From NCBI GenBank assembly GCA_025456145.1, contig JALOLD010000008.1:1265-65264 (forward strand): 64,000 nt of DNA, given 5' to 3'. The notes below the pieces were generated by a model. That model saw only the letters and a list, made by a program, of their open reading frames with translations. It had not been told where the DNA came from and ran no database searches. Position 1 is the stretch's first letter. Every line of letters begins with the position of its first letter. The translations under genes and the position numbers were made by a program. Source of the DNA: Thermoanaerobaculales bacterium. GTDB taxonomy: Bacteria; Acidobacteriota; Thermoanaerobaculia; Thermoanaerobaculales; Sulfomarinibacteraceae. This document shows, one piece after another, positions 27,383 through 35,226 of this stretch.

Positions 27383-27566
27383 CTAGCCCGGACTATTCAT
27401 GAGCTATCTGCTGCGGCCAACGATGCATCCGCGTCAGCCGCGTTTTCTCACCTCGGGGTGCTCGACGTACCGTCAAGTACGCCTCCGCGCCCCGAGGTGA
27501 GAAAACGCGACTGCCATCGGCGCCTCGTTGCCCTCGCGACGAAACCTCATGAATAGTCCGGGCTAG
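27383..27566. repeat. 184-bp palindromic element with two nested perfect inverted repeats
   Basis: 21-bp perfect IR CTAGCCCGGACTATTCATGAG (27383-27403) / CTCATGAATAGTCCGGGCTAG (27546-27566). 20-bp perfect IR 27439-27458 / 27490-27509 (CGCGTTTTCTCACCTCGGGG). The terminus motif TAGCCCGGACTAT is shared with the 18263-18540 element. Confidence 0.85.
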
Positions 27567-27745
27567 CGTCTCCGTCCACGGAGGCCATCGAGCGCGGCGC
27601 TCGCTGTCGTCCGCGGCCGAAGCCGCGCCGCGGCTGGCGCCGCGCCAGTGGGTCTCGCGCGACTAGTCGGTACGGGGTACATCCGAAGCTCATCGGCGCT
27701 CGGCCCGCCCCCACCCCTCCACCCACCCGCCCTCAGAAATCCGCA

Positions 27746-27892
27746 CGGGGTCGGACCCCGTCACGGATTTCTGAAGGGATGAGAGCTCAGGACTCGTGCT
27801 TCGACGGCACTGAACGATTCGGCGCGTGTCCTTCCAGAGCAAGGTCTTCGGGCGGGGTCGGACCCCGTCACGGATTTCTGAAGGGATGAGAG
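27746..27892. repeat. two 40-bp direct repeats (107-bp period); the first is embedded in a 42-bp hairpin
   Basis: CGGGGTCGGACCCCGTCACGGATTTCTGAAGGGATGAGAG occurs at 27746-27785 and 27853-27892. Copy 1 is preceded by TCAGAAATCCGCA, which pairs with CACGGATTTCTGA. Confidence 0.7.
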
Positions 27893-27922
27893 TCCAGGGC
27901 GTGCGACTCGGTATGACCATCA

Positions 27923-27946
27923 AGACGTCTAGAAGAGGGGTATAAT
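27923..27946 (+). promoter_or_regulatory. candidate toxin-antitoxin promoter/operator
   Basis: Perfect -10 TATAAT (27941-27946), 24 nt before the antitoxin ATG. Palindromes AGACGTCT (27923-27930) and TCTAGA (27928-27933) sit where a -35/operator would lie. Confidence 0.4.
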
Positions 27947-27970
27947 CATGACGGCTTCTGGGGGTGGAGG

Positions 27971-28222
27971 ATGCGGCCGACAAACACCAAGAAGGTCACG
28001 ATCTCGATGCCGCGCGGACTCATCCTGTTCGCAGATCAGATGGCCGACGCGCTCGGGCTGACCCGGAGCGGGTTCATTGCCGCGACCCTCGAAAGGGCGC
28101 GAGAGAACGAGCTTGAACGGCTGGGCGCCGAGGGCTACAGGTTCTACTCAGAGGAATCGAGGGAGTTCGCCGCTGCAAGCGAGGCCGCGGTGGCGGAGGC
28201 GATGGAAGATGACTATCGCTAG
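27971..28222 (+). CDS. ribbon-helix-helix (CopG/MazE-like) antitoxin
   Basis: 83 aa. N-terminal KKVTISMPRGLILFADQMA fits an RHH beta-strand plus helix. Acidic C-terminus. Overlaps the toxin start by 14 nt. Confidence 0.75.
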   Translation: MRPTNTKKVTISMPRGLILFADQMADALGLTRSGFIAATLERARENELERLGAEGYRFYSEESREFAAASEAAVAEAMEDDYR

Positions 28223-28586
28223 GGGCGAGATCCACTGGGTCGAGTTCGATCCCGTCAAGGGCAGCGAGCAGGACGGACTTCGCCCAGCCCTCGTGATACA
28301 GAACGATGTCGGCAACCGGTTCAGCCCGACGACGGTCGTGGCGGCGATCACGAGGACGCTTCCCCCGAAGCCCTACCCGTTTGTCGTCCTCATCGAGCCT
28401 GAGGAGAGCGGTCTGCCCGACCGCTCCGTCGTCAACTGCTCCCAGGTGGCGACGATCCAGTCGACGGGAGCGGCGTCGCGATTCCGACCGCCTCCCGGCG
28501 AGTCGGATCTCCGGCCGATCGGCATGCTCGGCGACGCCACGATGGAGCGGGTCGCGGCGGCTCTGCGGTACAACCTGGGGATCTGA
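28209..28586 (+). CDS. mazF: MazF/PemK-family endoribonuclease toxin
   Basis: RGEIHWVEFDPVKGSEQDGLRPALVIQND, PTTVVAAITR, VVNCSQVATI: typical PemK fold motifs. Confidence 0.85.
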   Translation: MTIARGEIHWVEFDPVKGSEQDGLRPALVIQNDVGNRFSPTTVVAAITRTLPPKPYPFVVLIEPEESGLPDRSVVNCSQVATIQSTGAASRFRPPPGESDLRPIGMLGDATMERVAAALRYNLGI

Positions 28587-28674
28587 GCAGGGGCAAGGGC
28601 AAGGGCGACATCCGTCGCAGTGGCAGAAGCAGAGGCAGCACCAGCGGCAGAGACGGGGACAGGTGCCGTGGCCG
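28587..28674. repeat. hexamer-phased array (GCANNG-like, about 15 units): inner-left arm
   Basis: GCAGGG GCAAGG GCAAGG GCGACA TCCGTC GCAGTG GCAGAA GCAGAG GCAGCA CCAGCG GCAGAG ... It fills the entire mazF-methyltransferase gap. GCAGTG is the reverse complement of the CACTGC unit at 30107-30304. Confidence 0.7.
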
Positions 28675-29547
28675 CTATTGACGCCGTCGCCGTCCGGTCA
28701 GATCGTGGACGGCGCCATCCTCGTCGAGGTAGTAGGGGACTTCGGGGTCAAATGGCGTGTCGTGGATCCGGCCGTCGAGCCTCCGGTACTTGGCGGCCAG
28801 ATCGTTGCGGACCGCCGTCGCGCGGACGAACCCTCCACCGGGTCTGGAGATCGCCGAGTCGACCCGGAGCTCGGCCTCTTCTAGGGCCGTCTGGAGCGCG
28901 CGCATGTTCGGTGCGAAGCAGTTGGTGAAGTCGCCGTTGAGGCTGGCCCCCGGATAGGCCTGCCAGAGCGGGATGTCGATGAGCGCTGGATTGAGCGCCT
29001 CGAGGGTCGTCACCGCACCGTCCGGGAGGACGACGTGCTCGTCGATGAGAAACGTCGCCACGTACAGCTCGGCGCCGGGTTTCATGACCGAGCGGATCGA
29101 ATCGAGGGCGGCGAGCGGTTTTCGGAGGTGGTAGAGAACGCCGAGGAAGAGCACTCGGTCGAATCGGCCGTGCGTTTCCGGATCGAGGTTGTAGACGATG
29201 TCGACCAGATAGGCGGCATCGCTGCCCAAGATCTCGGCGGCAGTGGCAAACCCCGTTGCCGTCGCCTCGACGAAGTCCATCGCGGTGACCTCGGCGCCGC
29301 GTCGTTCGAGCTCGAACGTGAAGTACCCGTCCGAGCAGCCGATGTCGAGGGCTCGCACACCGTGAAGTCGTGCCGGCAACCCGAGCTCGTCGAGGAGCGG
29401 CATCTTCTGCCGATTGGAGTCGTCACCCGGGGTGATGACTCCCGGAGCGAGCTCGATCTCGTGCCACCAGCGGCCGCGGGCGGCGATCCGCCGCCGGATC
29501 TCCTCGGGGTCGGTGATTCGCGGGGGGTACGGCATGGCTTCGAACAC
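28675..29547 (-). CDS. class I SAM-dependent methyltransferase (DUF1698/Methyltransf_9-like N-terminal WxHxIEL motif)
   Basis: WWHEIELAPGVITPG, then the SAM motif I VRALDIGCSDGYFTFEL, and an acidic residue after beta-2 (VTAMDF). Confidence 0.8.
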   Translation of the reverse strand: MFEAMPYPPRITDPEEIRRRIAARGRWWHEIELAPGVITPGDDSNRQKMPLLDELGLPARLHGVRALDIGCSDGYFTFELERRGAEVTAMDFVEATATGFATAAEILGSDAAYLVDIVYNLDPETHGRFDRVLFLGVLYHLRKPLAALDSIRSVMKPGAELYVATFLIDEHVVLPDGAVTTLEALNPALIDIPLWQAYPGASLNGDFTNCFAPNMRALQTALEEAELRVDSAISRPGGGFVRATAVRNDLAAKYRRLDGRIHDTPFDPEVPYYLDEDGAVHDLTGRRRRQ

Positions 29548-29572
29548 GCATACGGTCGCAGGCGGGCCGGTG

Positions 29573-29941
29573 TCACTGACGCATCATTCGCCAGGTCATG
29601 GCACGGACCTCGTCGAAGAGGGCCAGGGCGGACGATGCTCGGTTCGTCGTCACAGCTCCCGCTCCAATGAGAAGTCGAAGATGTGTGTCGACCTCCTTCG
29701 CGGATCCGTACGCGATGCGGTAGTGGTGCACGCGATCCCGGCCGGACCGCCCGGCGCCTTCGGCGAGGTTTGCCGCCACCGAGGATGCCGACCGGATCAC
29801 CTGATCCGCCAGACTCTTGAGCGGCGCGGGCACCTTGACAACCACCGCGTTCGCGATGGCTGCGGCCTCCACGGCCTTCGAGTGGGCGATGAAGCTGCTG
29901 GTTGGTTGCGGTCCGCGCATGGTCACCTCCGGGTGGTTCAT
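29573..29941 (-). CDS. four-helix-bundle protein (23S rRNA intervening-sequence protein family)
   Basis: LADQVIRSASSVAANLAEGAGR...RVHHYRIAYGSAKEVDTHLRL is the family signature. Start is uncertain: ATG 29941 chosen, while the ORF extends to 30007 through the hairpin. Confidence 0.7.
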   Translation of the reverse strand: MNHPEVTMRGPQPTSSFIAHSKAVEAAAIANAVVVKVPAPLKSLADQVIRSASSVAANLAEGAGRSGRDRVHHYRIAYGSAKEVDTHLRLLIGAGAVTTNRASSALALFDEVRAMTWRMMRQ

Positions 29942-29952
29942 GCCCTCCCCCC

Positions 29953-30034
29953 AGCCGATGAGCCGAACGCGGTCAAGGGGTCGCCCGCCGCGGGCGATGC
30001 ACTTCACCCCTTGACCGCGTTCGGCTCATCGGCT
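29953..30034. repeat. 28/29-bp perfect inverted repeat (long hairpin) at the 5' end of the four-helix-bundle gene
   Basis: AGCCGATGAGCCGAACGCGGTCAAGGGG (29953-29980) / CCCCTTGACCGCGTTCGGCTCATCGGCT (30007-30034), with about a 26-nt loop. Confidence 0.85.
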
Positions 30035-30106
30035 ACTCGTGTCGTCGGAACCACCCGGAGTGACCACGCGTGGCCGCGACCACGGCAACTCCGTCCCGAT
30101 CACCGG

Positions 30107-30304
30107 CACTGTTGCTGCCCCTGGCGCTCTTGCTGTCACTGTCTCTGCTACTGCCACTGCCACTGCCACTGCCACTGCTACTGCCACTGCCACTGCCACT
30201 GTCTCTTTCACTGTCTCTGCTACTGCCACTGCCACTGCCACTGCCACTGTCTCTGTCACTGTCTCTGCCACTGTCACTGCCGCTGATGCTGTCTGTGTCT
30301 CTGC
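30107..30304. repeat. hexamer-phased array (33 units, CACTGC/CTCTGC/TACTGC/CACTGT): inner-right arm
   Basis: Uninterrupted 6-nt phase for 198 bp. Reverse complement of the 28587-28674 array. Confidence 0.85.
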
Positions 30305-30340
30305 GTTCGGACTCGGACGCGGACGCGGACGCGGACGCGG
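30305..30340. repeat. hexamer-phased array GTTCGG ACTCGG (ACGCGG)x4: outer-right arm
   Basis: In phase with the preceding array. ACGCGG and ACTCGG are the exact reverse complements of CCGCGT and CCGAGT at 27288-27347. Confidence 0.8.
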
Positions 30341-30364
30341 GTTTTTCGTACCGGCAAGCCGGCA

Positions 30365-30393
30365 CAAAAAAGCCCCCCGGTTTCCCGGGGGGT
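30365..30393 (-). terminator. Rho-independent terminator of the apr-qmo-sat operon
   Basis: Minus strand: CCCCCCGG-GAAA-CCGGGGGG followed by CTTTTTTG, about 37 nt after the sat stop. Confidence 0.75.
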
Positions 30394-30429
30394 GAAACGG
30401 CTTGCGCCGATTTGATGAGAGTCAGATGC

Positions 30430-31695
30430 TCACTTCTTCACGTTGCCGGTGGCGGCGCCGTGGAGCTTGACCTCGACCTTCTCCTCGAGGTTGTCGTAGT
30501 ACTCCTTGAGGACCGCGATCACCTCGGGCTTCGAGAACTCGGCCGGGACCGGCTTGCCCTCGCTCATGAGCTTGCGCAGCAGGGTGCCGGAGAGGAGGAG
30601 TCGGGAGCCGCCCTGGTACTTGCCGTTGTCGTCGATCACGGCCTTGGACTCGTGCGGGCAGGTCTTCATCGAGGCCATCGTGCCGCAGTCGTAGCAGTAG
30701 AAGGTCCAGTCCATGCACAGAGGCTTGAGCTGGAGCGCGTCGGACGGGATCTCGAGGAAGATCTTCTGGGCGTCGAACGGCCCGTAGTAGTCACCGACGC
30801 CGGCATGGTCGCGGCCGACGATGAGGTGCGAGCAGCCGTAGTTCTGGCGGAAGACGGCGTGGAGCAGAGCCTCGCGCGGCCCGGCATAGCGCATGTCGAG
30901 GGGGTAGCCGGCCATCGCCACGCGTTCCTTGCGGAAGTACTTGTCGACTAACGCGTTGATCGCCTTGACCCGGACGTCGGCCGGGATGTCACCGGGCTTG
31001 AGCTTGCCGACGAGCTGGTGGATGTAGACTCCGTCACAGACCTCGATGGCGACCCACGCCAGGTAAGCGTGCGAGCCGTGCATCGGGTTGCGGAGCTGGA
31101 GGGCGGCGACAGTCGACCAACCCCGCTCCTCGAACATCTTGCGCGATTCGGCCGGGCGCTGGTAGAGACCCTCGAACTGCTTGGGGAAGTACGACTCGGA
31201 CAGGACCTTCACCGGGCCGGCGAGGTTGACGTCCTTCTGCTCCATGACCATCTTGACGCCGGGATGCTCGACGTCGGTCGTCTTGTAGACCTTCTGACAC
31301 TCGTGCGCCTTGTCGATGGTGTACTTCTCGGTCACCGTCATGGTCGCCATGAACTCGTCGTGCTCGGGGTCGTAAAGCGCGACTTCCTCACCGATCTTGA
31401 TCGAGTCGGCGAGCGCCTTGTCGGCGGAGAGGGTGATCGGGATGGGCCAGAACAACCCGTTCTTCGAGGGCATCTTCATCTCGTCGACGACGCCCTTCCA
31501 GTCGGCTTTGCCCATGAAGCCTTCGAGCGGGGTGAAGCCGCCGATGCCGAGCATGATGAGGTCGCCGGTCTCGCGGCTGGTCAGCGGCACCTTCTTCAGC
31601 TTCTTCGCCTTGTCGAGCTCCTTGGCGCGCGCCGGGCCTTCGAGGAGCAGTGGTTTCAGGGTCGGACTTCCATGCGGGGGAACGAGCTGACTCAT
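30430..31695 (-). CDS. sat: sulfate adenylyltransferase (ATP sulfurylase), dissimilatory-type length
   Basis: [35 protein letters not shown]. 421 aa, no APS-kinase domain. Confidence 0.92.
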   Translation of the reverse strand: MSQLVPPHGSPTLKPLLLEGPARAKELDKAKKLKKVPLTSRETGDLIMLGIGGFTPLEGFMGKADWKGVVDEMKMPSKNGLFWPIPITLSADKALADSIKIGEEVALYDPEHDEFMATMTVTEKYTIDKAHECQKVYKTTDVEHPGVKMVMEQKDVNLAGPVKVLSESYFPKQFEGLYQRPAESRKMFEERGWSTVAALQLRNPMHGSHAYLAWVAIEVCDGVYIHQLVGKLKPGDIPADVRVKAINALVDKYFRKERVAMAGYPLDMRYAGPREALLHAVFRQNYGCSHLIVGRDHAGVGDYYGPFDAQKIFLEIPSDALQLKPLCMDWTFYCYDCGTMASMKTCPHESKAVIDDNGKYQGGSRLLLSGTLLRKLMSEGKPVPAEFSKPEVIAVLKEYYDNLEEKVEVKLHGAATGNVKK

Positions 31696-31764
31696 CGAGC
31701 TGCCTCCTTTTTCTTCTGACGCCGTAGACCCCTCGGGATCGCCGGCCTGTTCTTGATCTTCAGG

Positions 31765-32949
31765 TCAGGTGCTGGTCATCCGCTGGTGAACCATGGCCAG
31801 CGAGCGGTAGAAGATGTGAGCGAACTTGGAGTAGGGCAGGGTGAGGAACAGACTGAGCACCACTCCCAGGTGAATCACGTACACCGCGAACCCGACGGAC
31901 GGGTCGGCGACGAGGTAGCGGGAGAACTCGGTGAGCACACCGGTGGCGATCACCGACAGGACCAACCACAGGAAGAAGCGGTCGAAGGCCGTGGTCTGAC
32001 CGACGAGCTTGTCCCCCTTCTTGAGGCGGTTCGCGAAGAGCATGATGCCGCCCACCACGAGGAGGACCGCCGAGATGTTCGCCAGCCACTTGTTCCAGTG
32101 GGTGATGGGTACCGGGTAGCCGATGTCCTCGAAGAACGGCAGGGCGAAGAACCACGAGAACGGCGGGGTGTCCGCGTACAGGAACACGACCGCGAAGCCC
32201 GAGGCGACGGCCGCGCCGACGAAGCCCCACATCACCATGAAGTGCCCCCAGCGGCGGCTCGGTACGCCGCGCTCGCAGCTCGCGAACTTCCGGTGCAGCG
32301 CGATGTCGGTGACGACGCCGATGAGCGAGCCGACAAAGCTCCCTCGTCGCGTTTGGCGGTCGCCCATCATCTTCCAGAACCTGCTTCCGGAGACCAAGAG
32401 CACCAGGCAGACGAAGCCGACGGCGGCGAAGTTGACGGCGTAGATGAGCGAGTGCGGGACCAGAGCGTCGTAGAAGTACTGACCCATGGTCGGCCCGGGT
32501 TGCAGGCCGTGGTGGGTCTCGACCTCGCCGAAGCCGGTGGTGATCCCGATCAACGCCGCCCAGAAGAGAATCGGTCCGAGGACGAGGAGCGGCCAGGTTT
32601 TGCGGACGTTGCCGACGAGCGAGCCGAGGGCTCCCGGGAAGGCGAGCTTCTCGACGACCATCGCCCGCAGCGAGGCCATGATGTCGCCCGGGGCGACATC
32701 GCGCGGGCAGCGGACCGAGCAGTCGTTGCACTGATGACAGAGCCAGACCGCCGGGTCGCCCATGAGCTGGTCGAACAGACCCCACTGGGCGAGCAGGATC
32801 TGACGACGCGGGAACGGAGCGTCGGCCGGGGCGAGCTCGCAGACGCTCGAGCAGGTCGCGCACTGGTAGCACTTGGCCGCGTTCTCGCCGCCGCGCTCGA
32901 AGAACTCGGCCCGGAGGTCGGTCGACTCGACGATGGGGATCGATGCCAT
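31765..32949 (-). CDS. qmoC: QmoC (HdrC-like 2x[4Fe-4S] domain fused to HdrE-like heme-b membrane domain)
   Basis: CYQCATCSSVC and CHQCNDCSVRCP, followed by about 6 TM helices. Sits directly after qmoB. Confidence 0.88.
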   Translation of the reverse strand: MASIPIVESTDLRAEFFERGGENAAKCYQCATCSSVCELAPADAPFPRRQILLAQWGLFDQLMGDPAVWLCHQCNDCSVRCPRDVAPGDIMASLRAMVVEKLAFPGALGSLVGNVRKTWPLLVLGPILFWAALIGITTGFGEVETHHGLQPGPTMGQYFYDALVPHSLIYAVNFAAVGFVCLVLLVSGSRFWKMMGDRQTRRGSFVGSLIGVVTDIALHRKFASCERGVPSRRWGHFMVMWGFVGAAVASGFAVVFLYADTPPFSWFFALPFFEDIGYPVPITHWNKWLANISAVLLVVGGIMLFANRLKKGDKLVGQTTAFDRFFLWLVLSVIATGVLTEFSRYLVADPSVGFAVYVIHLGVVLSLFLTLPYSKFAHIFYRSLAMVHQRMTST

Positions 32950-32964
32950 GCTGCCGCCCCCTTC

Positions 32965-35226
32965 CTAGAAGCCCTTGAGCGGGTTGGGCCCCATCGCCTC
33001 GAGCTCGGCGGAGAACTCGTCGAGCACCCGGGGGACCCTGTCGAACTCGTCGTGCGACAGCTCGACCACCTTGATCCGCTCGGGCTCGAGGGCGAGCCGC
33101 TGCAGCGTCTCACCGACGTTTCCGAGGCGGGTGTTGGCGAGCTCGGAGCCGCGCACGTAGTGGCACTGGTAGTCGTCGCCGTACTTGCAGCCGACCAGGA
33201 TGACCCCGTCGACCCCGGCCGACAGCGCCTCGGCGATCCAGACGATGTTGGTCGAGCCGAGGCAGCGGATCGGGATGATCCGGGTCCACGGGTTCCAGGT
33301 CGCGCCGTTGGCCGCCGCGGCCTCGAGGGCGGGCACCGCGTCGTTCTCGCACATCAGCGCGAGGATGCGGGGCTTCTCCTCGTAGTCCTCGGGGATCGAC
33401 ATCGACTTGATCATCTCGGCAACCATGTGGACCGAGTAGTCCTGGAAGCTGATGATCCGCTCCGGGCAGGCGCCCATGCAGATGCCGCAGCGCCGACAGC
33501 GCAGCGGGTTGAACTCCGGCGTGCCCTTCTTGTCCTCGTTGAGCGTCCCGAACGGGCACTCCTCGGTGCAGCGCTTGCACTGGGTGCAGCGCTGGAGGAA
33601 GAAGTCGGGGTAGGCGGTGTCGCCAGCGCGCGGGTGGACCGCCTCGCCGCGCTTCGCCATCTCGATGCACTGGACGGCCTTCATCGCGGCGCCGAGGCCG
33701 TCCTCGGCGGCCTGGGCCGAGTCCATCGGCGCGTGCACCGTGCCGGCGGCGTAGATGCCGGTGCGCCGGGTCTCGTAGGGGAAGCAGATGAAGTGCGAGT
33801 CGGGGAAGCCGTACTTCAGGGTCGGCAGGTCCGGACCCTGGCGGTAGCCGAGGTGGAGGATCTCGGTGCCGTCGTGGTGCTTGAGCTCGTCGGCCCGCTT
33901 GGCCGACGTCGCGCGGACCTGCGAGCTCTCCGAGTGCTCGGCCTGGTGGCGCGAGTCGATGAGCTCGCGGATCAGCTCGCCGTCGGCGGACTGGGGAACC
34001 ATGCCGACCGCCAGCACGACCAGGTCGGCCTGGATCTGGACCCGGTCGCCGAGCAGGCTGTTGGAGAGGTGGATCGAGAGCTTGCCGTTGGCCTCGATCT
34101 TGTCGACGTCGCCGCGGGTCATCATCATCTCGGCGGTCTTCTGGACCCCGACGAAGAAGTGCTCCATGTGACCCGGCGCGCGGATGTCGCGGTAGATCAC
34201 CGCGCTCTCGATCGACGGCTCGAGCTTCTTGACCTCGGCGACCTGGCGCAGGGTGTTGACGCAGCACTCGGACGAGCAGTAGCGGAGGTGGTTGTCGTCG
34301 CGCGATCCGGCGCACTGGATGAAGGCGATCCGGTGCGGCTTCTTGCCGTCCGAGGGGCGGACGATGGCGCCGGCGGAGAGCATCGCCTCGAAGTCCTGCG
34401 AGGTCACGATGTCGGCGGAGGTGCCATAGCCGAGGTGGCCCAGGTTCTTCGCGTCGTAGGGCTTGGCGCCGGTCGCCTGGACGATCGCACCGATCGTCAT
34501 CTCGGCCGCCTCGGGCCCGCTCAGCGTGAGCTTGAACTGGCCGGGCTGGCCGGTGATCTTGGCGATCGTGGTGTCGGTGTAGACCCGGATCCGGTCGTCG
34601 GCCTTCACCTCGGCGATGAGGCCGGGCACCGGGTTCGGGATCGGCGCGTCGTAGGGCGGCTCCTCGGGCGGAATCGACACCTGGTGGGCGAGCTGACCGC
34701 CGAGCTCCGAGGCCTCCTCGACGAGGAGGACCGGCTTGCCGAGCCGGGCCGCGGTCAGGGCGGCCTCGAGACCGGCCCGTCCCGAGCCGACGACCAGCAC
34801 GGTGTCGGCGATCTCCTCGTGCAGGGGCACGATCTGCTTCATCCCGTTGAGCCGGGCCAGACCCATCCGGACGAGGTCCTGGGCGAGCATGGTCGTGTCC
34901 TCGGCGGTCTGGCCCTCGCCGTCGGCTGGGTGCGACCAGGTGCAGTGCTCGCGGATGGCGGTGCGGAAGACCGCGGGCACCTCCGACGACAGCGGCGCGA
35001 ACTCCCGGGTCTTGGCGCGATCGGAGCAGGCGGCGAGGAGGATGCCGTTGAGGCCGTGCTCGCTCACCGCGCCACGGATGGCGGCGAGACCCTCGGGCGC
35101 GCACAGACAGCCATGGGTGAGGGTCGCGGCGCACCCCTTCTCGGTGGCCGCTCCGATCACCTCGTCGACGGCGAGAGCGTCGCCGATGCCGCAACCGGTG
35201 CACAGAAAGACTCCAAGCTTGTCCAT
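32965..35226 (-). CDS. qmoB: QmoB (HdrA-like flavoprotein with ferredoxin and MvhD-like C-terminal domains)
   Basis: FAD motif VLVVGSGRAGLEAAL. CTQCKRCTEECP and CRRCGICMGACP. C-terminal MvhD-like CENDA...RCLG. ATG 35226 shares 1 nt with the qmoA stop (TGATG). Confidence 0.9.
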   Translation of the reverse strand: MDKLGVFLCTGCGIGDALAVDEVIGAATEKGCAATLTHGCLCAPEGLAAIRGAVSEHGLNGILLAACSDRAKTREFAPLSSEVPAVFRTAIREHCTWSHPADGEGQTAEDTTMLAQDLVRMGLARLNGMKQIVPLHEEIADTVLVVGSGRAGLEAALTAARLGKPVLLVEEASELGGQLAHQVSIPPEEPPYDAPIPNPVPGLIAEVKADDRIRVYTDTTIAKITGQPGQFKLTLSGPEAAEMTIGAIVQATGAKPYDAKNLGHLGYGTSADIVTSQDFEAMLSAGAIVRPSDGKKPHRIAFIQCAGSRDDNHLRYCSSECCVNTLRQVAEVKKLEPSIESAVIYRDIRAPGHMEHFFVGVQKTAEMMMTRGDVDKIEANGKLSIHLSNSLLGDRVQIQADLVVLAVGMVPQSADGELIRELIDSRHQAEHSESSQVRATSAKRADELKHHDGTEILHLGYRQGPDLPTLKYGFPDSHFICFPYETRRTGIYAAGTVHAPMDSAQAAEDGLGAAMKAVQCIEMAKRGEAVHPRAGDTAYPDFFLQRCTQCKRCTEECPFGTLNEDKKGTPEFNPLRCRRCGICMGACPERIISFQDYSVHMVAEMIKSMSIPEDYEEKPRILALMCENDAVPALEAAAANGATWNPWTRIIPIRCLGSTNIVWIAEALSAGVDGVILVGCKYGDDYQCHYVRGSELANTRLGNVGETLQRLALEPERIKVVELSHDEFDRVPRVLDEFSAELEAMGPNPLKGF

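Noticed and set aside
27746-27892. Possible mini-CRISPR array (two identical 40-bp repeats)
   Set aside because: There are only two repeats, the 67-nt spacer is atypically long, and no cas genes or leader are in the window. The first copy is part of a larger palindrome. I treat it as a duplicated hairpin module, not CRISPR.
30033-30395. Low-complexity ORFs across the hexamer tract ((SG)n/(DS)n 110 aa on minus; (LP)n, (AT)n and (HC)n on plus)
   Set aside because: They are translations of a phased hexamer repeat. They start inside the sat terminator or overlap the methyltransferase and four-helix-bundle genes antisense. None has an RBS. I kept the tract as a repeat finding instead.
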